From Pelomyxa schiedti (Eukaryota; Protista; Evosea), in NCBI GenBank assembly GCA_020536535.1, contig JAHLWZ010000187.1:62001-126000 (forward strand): a stretch of 64,000 nt of DNA. Reading direction: 5' to 3'. The position numbers and the translations under genes were made by a program. Shown piece after piece: positions 25,700-36,311 of this stretch. The notes under the pieces are model-generated. The model was given only the letters and a program-made list of their open reading frames with translations, searched no databases and had not been told where the DNA came from. The first letter of the stretch is position 1; every line of letters begins with the position of its first letter.

Positions 25700-27847
25700 C
25701 TACTCAATAATGTTCCATGAACCTGACCACAGTTCCTTGGCATTCACATCTACGCGGCCGATTCCAAGAATCCTTTGTGATGCCATGATGTGAAGTGGTG
25801 AGGCAACAGCAAATAACCACAGGTTGCTATGGACAAATGAGGCTGTCATTTCAGGGAACACTCTCATAAGCATCTTCCAGGTTCCAACCCGGACAAAGGT
25901 TGTCTCTGTCTCATGGTTGTGATCCATTACGCTAAGCTTTTTTTTTTTGGTAAGATGTTAACTCGGTAATTGCCTAATGGTTACCTCTTTCAAAGTCACA
26001 TGGAAAGTTCTGATGATCCACTCTGCACAGCTTTTCTTGTTGTTGGCAATTAATGCACTAAGCAGCTTGTTGTTGTTCATCTTGACTTGCTGTTCATTCA
26101 AGTGGTAGTTTTGAATGAACCACCTTACAACTTTTCCTGAATGTACATAGTGTGGGAAACCTTGGGTAATTTGTTTTGGGGAGAAGCTGACATGTGCCAC
26201 AATTTGCATGACTTTGGAAAGCTCATGGGGGAAAAGAATACTACTAGCGGTCCCAATCCACTTCCATTCAGTTATTGAAAAAGTGTCCATCAAGAGCAAT
26301 GCAAAAGCAGCCTGTGACCTGCCCAATTTGCCGAGAATAGCCGTGCAAACTGCATTTTTACCGATGTTTGTCACTGTGCAATTAGAAAGGAACCATTGAA
26401 TGCCACTAGTTCCGCGACTTTCGCTGTTGGAACATATCTTGGTGAAAGTTTTGTCCGTCAAACTGGGTGTAGCATTAATGCGGTCCATTACATGGAATTT
26501 CTTTTCCAACCAGGCTGCAACCGATGTGTTGTTGTTAGAAACGGCATCCACAAGGCACTCCAAAATGTCATCTTCTTTCAAGGGTGAACTCGTTTTCGTC
26601 AACAGGACCTCCAGTACTGGCACACTATCCTTCTGGTTTTGGCAGGCCCAAATGAACGTAGAAGGTGGAACTATTCGGGCACTATTGGGGAAGTTTGTTG
26701 TAATCCACTCAATGAATTCGGCATCTGGATTTTCAGTGCATGCAAAATGCAGGTTGAGTTGGGTTGGTTGCACAGAAAAGCTGTTGGTTACCCACTTAAA
26801 ACCTCTTGTGCCTAGAGTGCAGTTGAGATTTGGGGGGCTTGTCATTGAGTATCTTTCTTTGATCCACTGGCATCCTTCCTCAAGTTCACCTGATGAACAG
26901 TATTCAATAAATTCAGCCATAAGCAGCTCAGCGGTTCCTCCCCGTACATCTGCCCAGAATAGCTCAGTGCAAAACTTCACAACATCCAGGCTTGGACTGG
27001 CAATGAATGTAGAAAGCGAACAGCGGTCAAAGTCCCATTCAGTTATTTGCCTGCAAGCAGAAACAACACGAGTGTTGGACGCCAGCCACTTCACTACGTC
27101 AATGTGGCCTCCCCTCACAGCCGCACGAAACGGCATCGGGAGCTCCCATAACTCCGTCCCGACGCCGTCGAACGTCGAAGTCACCCACTTGACAACATCA
27201 AGGTGGCCCCCTTTGCACGCATCGTAGAGCAAGCTGTGTGGAACTTGTGGGCCAGCACGGATCTCCCGGATGTCATCGATCATGTCCGTGTCCTTCCCAG
27301 GCCACCTGAGGAGTGTCCGATAATTCCACGAGTTGTCAAAACTCTGGGAGACAAGTTCCTTGGCCATTCCAAGGTGCCCACCTGGTCAAATTTTTTAGTA
27401 TCGAATGATCAGAACTTTCTGGATCCGGGACTGTGGAAAACGAATCGACTCACCCAGGCACAGCCCTCTGAGTACGGCGAGGCATTCTTTCCGAAGGTTC
27501 CTCGCTTGCTTGCTCTTCATAATCCAGTTGATGCACCTAATACTCGCGGCCGCCGCTGCGCACTTCAACGCGAAGTACCTCGACGTGTGGGTCCTCCCGA
27601 AATCCATGTCGTGCAGCTCGAGAACGTCGACGCCTCCCATAAGTAGGGAGCAGGCCCTCGGCACCAGAGGGAACAGTGCATCTGCCAGACCCAGCAACCA
27701 GCAGCACAGGGAGGGCGCGACTGGGGCGCCGCGATTATGGTACGGAACCACCACCATTGGTTCGACAACGTGCTCCCACACAACTCTAGAAACTCTCACG
27801 ATTCTCTCAGTCTCTTCGAGACGGCGACGTCGTGGTTCCACGTACAT
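25700..27847 (-). CDS. Degenerate ankyrin-like repeat protein (lineage-expanded hypothetical type)
   Basis: ORFs 27395-27847, 25958-27367 and 25700-25927 join through GT-AG introns. Repeats LYDACKGGHLDVVKWV, FRAAVRGGHIDVVKWL, LHFACTENPDAEFIEWI, FIWACQN, ALIANNKKSCAEWII. Confidence 0.65.
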
Positions 27848-28099
27848 TTCTCGTTCAAACTAAAAAGAATTTCCCAAGGAGCCGACCTTGCCTGACGAGG
27901 TCCCTAAGCGCAGGATCTCATAAAACCGGCAACTACCAACCAATTCAAAAACCGCCAGGCGTATCGTGAGTCCTGGGATGGTAAGAACTGTTGGGAAATA
28001 CGAAAATAGAATTTTCTTGTGATTGTAAAAAACTATTCGCAGGTCGCCCGTTCTTTTGCAAATTTTTTTACCCCCAACCGACTTGTATAGCATACAGTG

Positions 28100-30231
28100 A
28101 TGGATCTCCTTGGTCCCAAACCACCGAAGAAACTACCACTTGATGGCCTCGTTTTCTGTGTCGCAGGTTCGGCCTTTTTTTGTATTGGTGTTATTTTTTT
28201 TTTCCCCTCGTAGTTATGTTCCTGAGACATAACGCATGTGTAACTAGGCATGGTGGATGACATTTCGAATGGCGAGTGCAAATTGCTTGTGACAGAAAAT
28301 GGAGGACAGTTTCGCGATGCATTTGGTCCTGGCGTAACCCACGTTTTGTCAAGTCCACAAATGGAAATTATCATTGAGAATGAATACAAATGCCAGTTTT
28401 TCCCTACATTGAGGCCACAAATTGATGCTGTGTGTAGCTCCGGCTGATTTTTCTCCATGGTAATTCTACGCATATTAGGCAAAGGCAAACAGGGTTCCCA
28501 TTGTGGCAGTGGAATTTGTAAGGAAGTGCGTTTCCCTTGGCAAGAAAACACGAGAGGGCCCTTTCCTCCTTTTTGCTCCAAAAGCTGTACTCCTCCCTTT
28601 TGTTATTTGATACACTGCACGTCCATTGTGACAAATTCTCACTCGTTTTCCAGACAGCTGAAGGGTCTGAATTTCAGTCCACTCTTGATCCCGTACTTTT
28701 TTCCCTCTTTTCCTCAGCTGTCCTAATCTTTTAGAGAGTGCAAGATCTTGTGAATCTTCTTTTTGATGAATCGGAAATGGAAAGGAGCTTGACTGAAATG
28801 AGAATTGATGCAAGGCAACTTATGGCAACTATCACCAAAGATACCATTCGACAGGCACGGTTTTTCATCCGCTATTTTATATTTACACATTTCTAGGCAT
28901 ATACGGTTCTGTCCGAACTTGACGGAATTGTCAGGTCTCCAGCAGTTCAACCAGCCCAAAAGGCTCAGCAAACTGAAAGGTAGAAATATAAAACTACACC
29001 CCTCCTTTACTTTCTTTCTAGGATTAAACAGTTATCAACTCGGTTTTATGGGTTGATTCCTCACCAAGGTGCTACGTCACCGCTTTCCACTCCCGAATCT
29101 GTCAAGGAGAAGATCAAGATGATGGAGGTAGTCTTCTATTTTCACTTCCACTCCTTTACCGTCTCCAGGCTATTACAGACGTGGAAATTGCCTCTTCCCT
29201 TATGAAAGAGGGTCGTTCAGGAGGGTCCCTAAGTCAAGTAGATATCAAGTACCGAAAATTAAAAGCGAGAATAGAACCCCTGGAGAAGCACACACAAGAA
29301 TACTCCTTTATTGAGCAGTAAGCTCGACAAAATAAAAACTAAACAACAAACAAGCAGAAAACACTAACCAGTGGACAGGTACGTAACCAATTCTCATGCC
29401 TCTGTACACAATACCTTCAAAATAGAAATTGATAATGTTTTCAAGCTGGAAAGGTAGTGCTCTTTGACATTTTTCCTTTTCCCATTCCCATTTCGATTCC
29501 AGGGAAGGTGAAGCAGAGCGCTTTGTACCATACAACAGACTTCCCAATCATCGGCTTCTTTGGCACGGCTCCAGATTCACTAACTTTATTGGAATCGTTA
29601 CCCAAGGTCTGCGTATAGCACCACCTGAGGCTCCTGTTACAGGTTAATTTGTACATTTCCCGTCAAATTTATTAAGGAATGTAGGGTACTTCCTAGGGAA
29701 AGGCATTTATTTTGCAGACATGGTTTCCAAAAGTGCTGAGTATTGTCATGCCACAAAAGAAAACCCTTATGGGTAACTCTGTCGTCTTTTAGTTAAGGTT
29801 TTTTAACAGTCCGAAGATTGTTGCTTCTCTGTGAAGTGGCTCTGGGAAGATGGTTCCAAATCGCCCATGGCAAGTTCATCAATAAGTCCGATTTGGACGG
29901 AGCTGGTTTCCACTCCACCAAAGGATGCGGTGAGACAGCACCAGATCAGTCATTCGACTTTGTAACGTGCGTATCCTCGCCATTCAAACCCACACTAACA
30001 TCACACAGCACTGATGGGTACATCATCCCCTTGGGACGTGAAACTGAAACCGGCGTTCTCTGCTCTGAGTTACCCCACAATGAGTTCATAGTTTATGACG
30101 CAGCCCAGGTACCAATCCCACACCAGTGCCCAAACAGACAACCAACCACACAAAAACAACAGGTCAAAGTCCGCTACATGATTAAAATCAACTTCATATT
30201 CGAGGAGCCTCGTGCACAACTATCCTACTGA
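28100..30231 (+). CDS. Poly(ADP-ribose) polymerase: BRCT + PARP regulatory + catalytic domain
   Basis: [14 protein letters not shown]...GGQF...GVTHVL...[12 protein letters not shown]. Regulatory [14 protein letters not shown]. Catalytic [57 protein letters not shown] (intact H-Y-E triad). Confidence 0.92.
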
Positions 30232-31048
30232 TAAAACCCCCTGTTTTTGTGGTAACGAAGACAAGAAAAAAATAATCACGCGGCAAAAGAAACCTTCTTT
30301 TTGTGGTTGTGCTCCTTTCTTTGATGTGTTCAAGTTGGTGCGAGAAAAGTTTCCACGTGGCAAACTGGGTGGAAAGTTTCCTTTCATCCAGGAAAGGGCG
30401 AAGTAAAAACAAATAACAAATAAAAAATAAATAAATAAATAAAAAAAAAACCTCTGCCAGAGAGCCTACGGCGTTGTTGCTGGTGCTATGTGTAAAAATT
30501 GCGGGTTTTGGTGTTGGGTGTTTTGGCATATCAACACGGCACTCGATCTAAACCCCATTGTCACTGTCACTGTCGCGGTCCCAGCTCATCCAAATTCAAA
30601 AAACCTCGCTATTATTGGCATGTCGCATGAGCACCTCGCAGCTTGACGCCACTTTGTACGTGACCTTTTTTTTTTTTAAACTGCCGCGACTGCACCGCCA
30701 AACAACAAGAAATAAAAAAACAATTATGCATCAACTTACGCACAATCGGCAGCGTATTGGCCTGTACGCTGATTACGCTGCCGCATCGAGTCGTTGTTTC
30801 GCTTTTAAATTTACACGAAGGCACCGAGATATAACTTTGGCGAAATCACGGCGAGACTCACACCTCTGCAGAGTCCGCTCGATAAATAGAACAGCATATT
30901 TAGCCTTCTCGCTACGGAAACGGCACGGCAGCCAATAATGGAGCTTATAAGCGACGTACCTACGCGGTTTTCGAAAACCAAAACAAAAAAAAAAACCCTC
31001 AACGCGTGCCGATTCGTCACCACTAAGCCGAATACTATTACGAGCAAT

Positions 31049-32690
31049 ATGTCATCTACTGTCGAGGCTAAGACCTTCAACAACAAGACCGACTCCAGGC
31101 TCAACGCAATACTTTACATTCTGTTTCGCCGCGGAAGCTTCGTAGACGCGATAACGCTGACACCACATCACTGTGTTACTGGAAACGCCTCTTGTGCTAT
31201 GTGCACCTTTAAGGTTTCACTGTTTTTTTTTCCCGAGTGTTTTCTTATAACGTACTCAGGGTCTGATAAACGAGTATAAATTCTCAGAGGAAACTGTTCT
31301 GAATGCAAACAACCTTCAGTTGTCGCTCGATGTTGTGGATCCTAATGTATGTATCCCCTAAATCATTCTGTTCTTTGTTGACTAATATACATTCCAGGCT
31401 CATCCCCAAATACTCTTGTGGTCTCTTATATCGAAACTTCACAACTGCAACCTGCGGGATTTGGATTGTGCACGTGCTCCTACATTTCAATATTTTGGTC
31501 TCTTGGTGAAATCTACATGTTCGTACTGTGGAGACTTCGAAGACAGACATGAGAACTTCCTCACAATGGAGGCCACAGTAACAAGGTAGTCCCTCTTCCT
31601 TTTTCGCCCAAAGTAACTTCAATCAGGTGCATGAGTGAACCCGTTTCTATTAATACGCACCTCAGTGAATACTTGGGCAAATTAGGCTGCAAGGTTTGAC
31701 CTTACACCACTCAACCTTTTTGTAAGACTTGTAGAAGTGTTCAAGACAAGGAGGACTGCAACTTGCTTTTACTCACCTCCCACGTTACCTTGCAGTAGAA
31801 GTGTTCTACCCATCACCTTGGTCGACTCCGGGTACGTTCCTCATTTACCATCTAGTATTCTCATCCTGTTTGTAGATGCCCTAATAGACCGTTTGGCTGA
31901 CTCACTGAACTTGGGATCGGAGTGCTTTAAGCTCATCGGTGTGATATGCAGGAATTCAAGTAACACCGTCAGTTTTGTTTTGCGACCTGGAGGCTGGCGC
32001 ATGCAACGTGATGCAAAAGAGATCATGGTTTGTCTTCATCCCCTATTACCAAATTCTTACAGCGAAATCCAGTTATGTACACTTGATTGTGTGATCTCTT
32101 TTATGAAAAGTCAGCATTACTCTCCAGAGATCCTTTTTTTTGAAAGGACACCTTTCCTGCCCAGTGTTACTCGCTCTGCCCTTCAACGCCGACTTCCTCC
32201 AGCATGTACCACAGTGGCAACACCCCAATTTAAGCAAGAACCTACCGCGTACAGTGCTGGCATACTGGACACGCAAAGACCTGTTGAAGCTGTGAGTGCA
32301 GAGCCTTTGAGAATACCTACAGCAGGCCTCGAACAGCATACCGAGTGTACTACGCCTTCTCAGCAGTTCACTGAACTTGTAGAACCACCTCTGGCCAGAG
32401 CACATACTGTAGCTATTACTCGACGAACACCGGGCCCTATTCGCAGAAGTACTTGTGGCCGAGAACAAGTGGCTCGTGACCACTTTGGTTCCAATGGTCT
32501 AACCTCGTCGTCTACACATAGACAGGTGGGAGCAGTTAGGTTTTGTGAGGATCGAAGGGCTCCTCGGGCCTTGTGCATAGGACGTAGATACGCCGACCTT
32601 GTTGGGGGTGCGTGTGTATTAGCTCTTCTGGTCCTTATGTTGCATCTTATCGTGGGTGCTGGGCGGGATATGATAGGCAGATTGTGGTAG
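31049..32690 (+). CDS. USP (peptidase C19)-fold pseudo-deubiquitinase with C-terminal transmembrane anchor
   Basis: Spliced model: FNNKTDSRLNAILYIL (Cys box), CSYCGDFEDRHENF, LGCK|KCSR...HLPRYLAVE, FKLIGVICRNSSNTVSFV...WRMQRD (His box), PEILFFER. Terminal hydrophobic LVGGACVLALLVLMLHLIVGAG. An in-frame upstream ATG at 30938 is an alternative start. Confidence 0.6.
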
Positions 32691-33048
32691 TTAGGAAAAC
32701 AACCAACAACGAAACCAACAACCAACCAACCAACAACCAACAACCACAAAACAAAAACCTCCAACAAACAAAACCGACACCAACGCAAACACGAAGAAAC
32801 GGGAACTAAACAAAACCATTTTCTTGTCCTGTACCATGTCTTTTTTTTCCATCCTCTTTCTTCCCCTCTCGAAGGGGAAAACAAAAACTTCAAAAAGGAA
32901 CGATCATCAGACAGATTTCGGTGTCGTGGTTACGAGACGCACATCAACAACCACCAAAGCCGAATAAAACAAGTCGCGAAGGGGCGTCACAACAACATCC
33001 CGTTCTCCTCTTTCTTGTAGTGAAGCCCCTCCAGTCTAGCCGTAGTGA

Positions 33049-35992
33049 ATGAAGGTGATAGAAGTGATAGACGCCACGTCCGGCATGCCCGTGTACAGCG
33101 AGTCGGGCATGTTCATGGGCCAGCAGCTCAACGCCACCCAAATGACCCTGGCCTCCAACCTCTCCGAGTCCCTCGCTTACATCTCCGCCCATAACGCCCC
33201 GCCCCCCACGCCCCCGCCCACCCTCGCCACCACCTCCACGACCTCCACGACCTCCACGTCCCTCTCCGCGGCCTCCACCCCCACTCCCTCGCCGTCCTCC
33301 TCTTCCTCCTCCTCGCCGCCGCCCCCTCCCTCGCAGCAGGCCGCCCCGCCGCCCAAGCCCGAGGCGCCGCCGCGGCTCCGGGCCAACTGCGCGGTGCTGT
33401 CCTCCGGGTCCCACAACGCGTTCGCCATCAGCAACGAGGGCGAGACGCCCGAGGAGCTGCGGGCGCAGCTGGCCATGATCCTGGACCTCGCCCGCATGCG
33501 CGGCGGGCCCTCCTTCGGCCCGCAGACAAAGTCGCTGCGCGCCATCGAGCGCCTCATCGTCACGGCGCAGCACCTGTGCGCCACGCAGCAGTCGGCCCTG
33601 CTCATGTGCCTCGAGCACCTCGACGTGGCCCCGAGGTTCCGGCTCAACTCCCAGAAGGCCCTCAAGGCTGCTGTGTGTGACTCCCACGCGAACCTGGAGG
33701 CGCGGTTCGCTATGGTCTGCGCGGATTCTAGGGTCGTGGCTTTGTGGTCTCAGTCGGCTCAGTCGGGGATTCCGCCGCAGGAACAGTTCATGCTTTGTGT
33801 GCACGCTCACTCCCTGTTTGAGTACTCGAAAATCCCGCAGAAGCATCATGGCAGGGACCCCTTTGCGTCGATGTCTTCTCCGCCTCCCCCGCCTCCTACT
33901 CCTCAGACTCTTTCTCAGTCACTTGGCCAGGTTTCTGCTTCTACTGCCGCTGCTGCTCCTGCTGTTGTTCCTGCTCAGCCGGCTGCTCCTCCTACTAGCC
34001 TGAGTCAATCTGTTACTCCGGTTTTTGAGTCCCCAGTGTGTCAAACAAATGTCATTCCAAGACCTTCAACACCTCCAACTCCAGTAAGTGACATATCACA
34101 ATCTGCTCCTTCTACCCCACTGTGGGCCTCAGATATACCTTCACGCCTCCCAGCCACTGCAACATCACCTACAATAGACTCTACTGAGAAACACGACGTT
34201 CCTAGCAATTCTGTTCCTGTTCCTAGTGAGTCCGTTTCTGGCGCTAATGTTTCTGGTGATTCTATTCCTACAATCAAAGAGGTGGTAGCCTCCACTGAGA
34301 CCACAGCACCCTCCACCGAAACCACAGCACCCTCCACTGAGACCACAGCACCCCCCACTGAGACCACATCCTCCACAACTATTTCCTCCAATACAAGTGA
34401 GGTACCGAAAAAAGATGATCCAAAACCAGTTGAATCGAGTGAACCTGGGGCAACAGATCAGCCTAAAGATGGTGCAGAGGAAGCTAACAGCGGCGCCGAG
34501 GATGGTGAAGAAAGTATGGTTGTAGTTGTGGAAGATGAGGGTGGTGCTACAAGTTCAATTTCCCCCTCTGGACCAGAAAGTGATGCCCCTGGTCGTCCTG
34601 ACACACCCCTCTTGTCTACCAGTCCTCCTCCTGGTGATACCTCTCCAGGCACTACCCCACCAATCGCACCACCGACACCATCGCCAGATATTCCCAAGGC
34701 TGTGGATACTAGTAAGCAACGACTGTCTTCACCCGGCCTTTTGACATCAAGTGCCAGCACTCAAGCCTTACGACCTGTTGCTTCTGCAACATCTCGCTCC
34801 CTCTCAAATATTGCACAATCTCCTGGTGTCCTCCTACCTTCAACTTCGGCTCCAATAACTCCCATGCGATCCTCTGGTACACCACTGAAGCCACATTCTT
34901 CCTTAAGATCCAGCCCTCTACGAACTACTGTGAGGGGTGAATATACACTGCTTTATCTTACTCCACATGGCTACACACACACGCTTTCCAGTAGCTCAGG
35001 GGCAGTTGACCCTGCACTACACATTAAACCGCACTGGGTCTATACAGTTCAGATTTTCCCCAGCTTTTATCTCATCGTTGTCATGAGAGGTCAGAACAAA
35101 CAGCCAGACCAAATTAAAGACATGGTTGCTAGGCTTAGAAGAAGCCTCACAGATTTCGCCGGTATGTATTCCACAAAACATTTATTCCTTACACCCATTC
35201 CTCCCAAAACTATTTGTTTACTTCCGCATTTGCATTCACACATCCATATTCTCATTCAAATTTGAATCCTTTTTATTGTCATATCATCTAATACCAGACC
35301 CAGACTTCTTCCTGGCAACACACCGGCCTGTTCTGCCATATATATCGTCATTCCCAGGACTAGTCCACTTCATGTTCGCGGAGCGCGTGCGCGGGGTCTG
35401 CGTGACGCCGCCGATATCCTCGCTGTACGGGCGGCAGTACAAGCACGACGCGGCGGCGGACGAGCAGTTCACCCAGCACATGCGCCACGTGCTGTGGTCG
35501 CACGTGTACCGCACCAGGAGGTTCCTGACCGCCGGGTACCCCTGCGCCATACTGAGGACAAACCAGTACCACTACAGCTACCGCCTGTGGCTCGACGACG
35601 ACGGCATCGAGGTGCCCTGGGACACCCCCTGGGTGCTCGTGATGCAGAAGCGCTGGATAGACAGCAAGAACGCCGCCGCGGCAGCGGCTGCGGCTGCGGC
35701 CGCGAGTGGAGCGGCTTCTGGGGGTGGGGGAGGGGCCAGGGGGTCTGGCGGAGGGGGACCTGGGGGAGCGAGTGGTGGGGCGGAGGAGCAGATGTTCATT
35801 GCGGAGGGGCCCAGGCCGGTTACGCCAGAGTGGTATGTGGAGCTTATTGAGACGATAACGGCGCATTATGGGAGGAGGCCACAGCGGTGCTATGAGCTAT
35901 ATTCGGTGTATATCCCGTGTTTACCAGCTTCGGTTGTGGCGAGGAATGACAGGGCTCTGGCAGCTTCACTGATAGCACACATATCAAATTGA
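33049..35992 (+). CDS. HPS1: Hermansky-Pudlak syndrome 1-like protein (BLOC-3 subunit, longin domains)
   Basis: C-terminal FPGLVHFMFAERVRG, YSYRLWL and RCYELYSVY match HPS1 motifs as I recall them (FPGLVHFIYVDR, RCYELL). N-terminal longin-like segments. One intron ~35162-35297. Long Pro/Ser/Thr insert. Confidence 0.8.
34291..34368 (+). repeat. 21-nt coding tandem repeat (STETTAP x3 + PTETT) in HPS1
   Basis: TCCACTGAGACCACAGCACCC-like unit repeated about 3.7 times. Confidence 0.9.
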
Positions 35993-36311
35993 AAACAAGA
36001 GCCTCTAGACCTTTTTCTTTTTTTTTTCTTTTTTTTTTTTGGAAAACTCACCAGCGGTTGGCATTGCGGCGCTCTTCACAGGAGCGACACATTTCGGGAA
36101 TTAATCCTGACCTGCTCTCATACCGTCCTTCAATGCCGGCGTAGCAATATTTGCACTACGACTGATCAGTAAATATCCTTCCAACGAATTGGCTTACATT
36201 GGATTTTACCGTGGAGTTCTTGTGGGTGCCACAATATTTAAAAGACTGTCTTGAAAATGTAGTATCCTGAAAGGTCGCCTGAATAAAAAGTAAACAAACT
36301 TTCCTAAAAGG

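Noticed and set aside
30558-30938. 126-aa ORF upstream of the pseudo-USP
   Set aside because: It has a TTG start, reads through a poly-T tract and shows no motif. It may be 5' UTR or unresolved 5' exons.
32944-33849. 301-aa antisense ORF, and similar ones at 35360-35866, 41656-42162 and 43661-44295
   Set aside because: These are shadows of GC3-rich or trinucleotide-repeat sense CDSs (HPS1, F-box-cyclin, inhibitor-3).
36258-36266. TGTAGTATC resembling the U2 snRNA branch-point recognition sequence
   Set aside because: The flanks do not match U2 stem I or the Sm site; likely chance.
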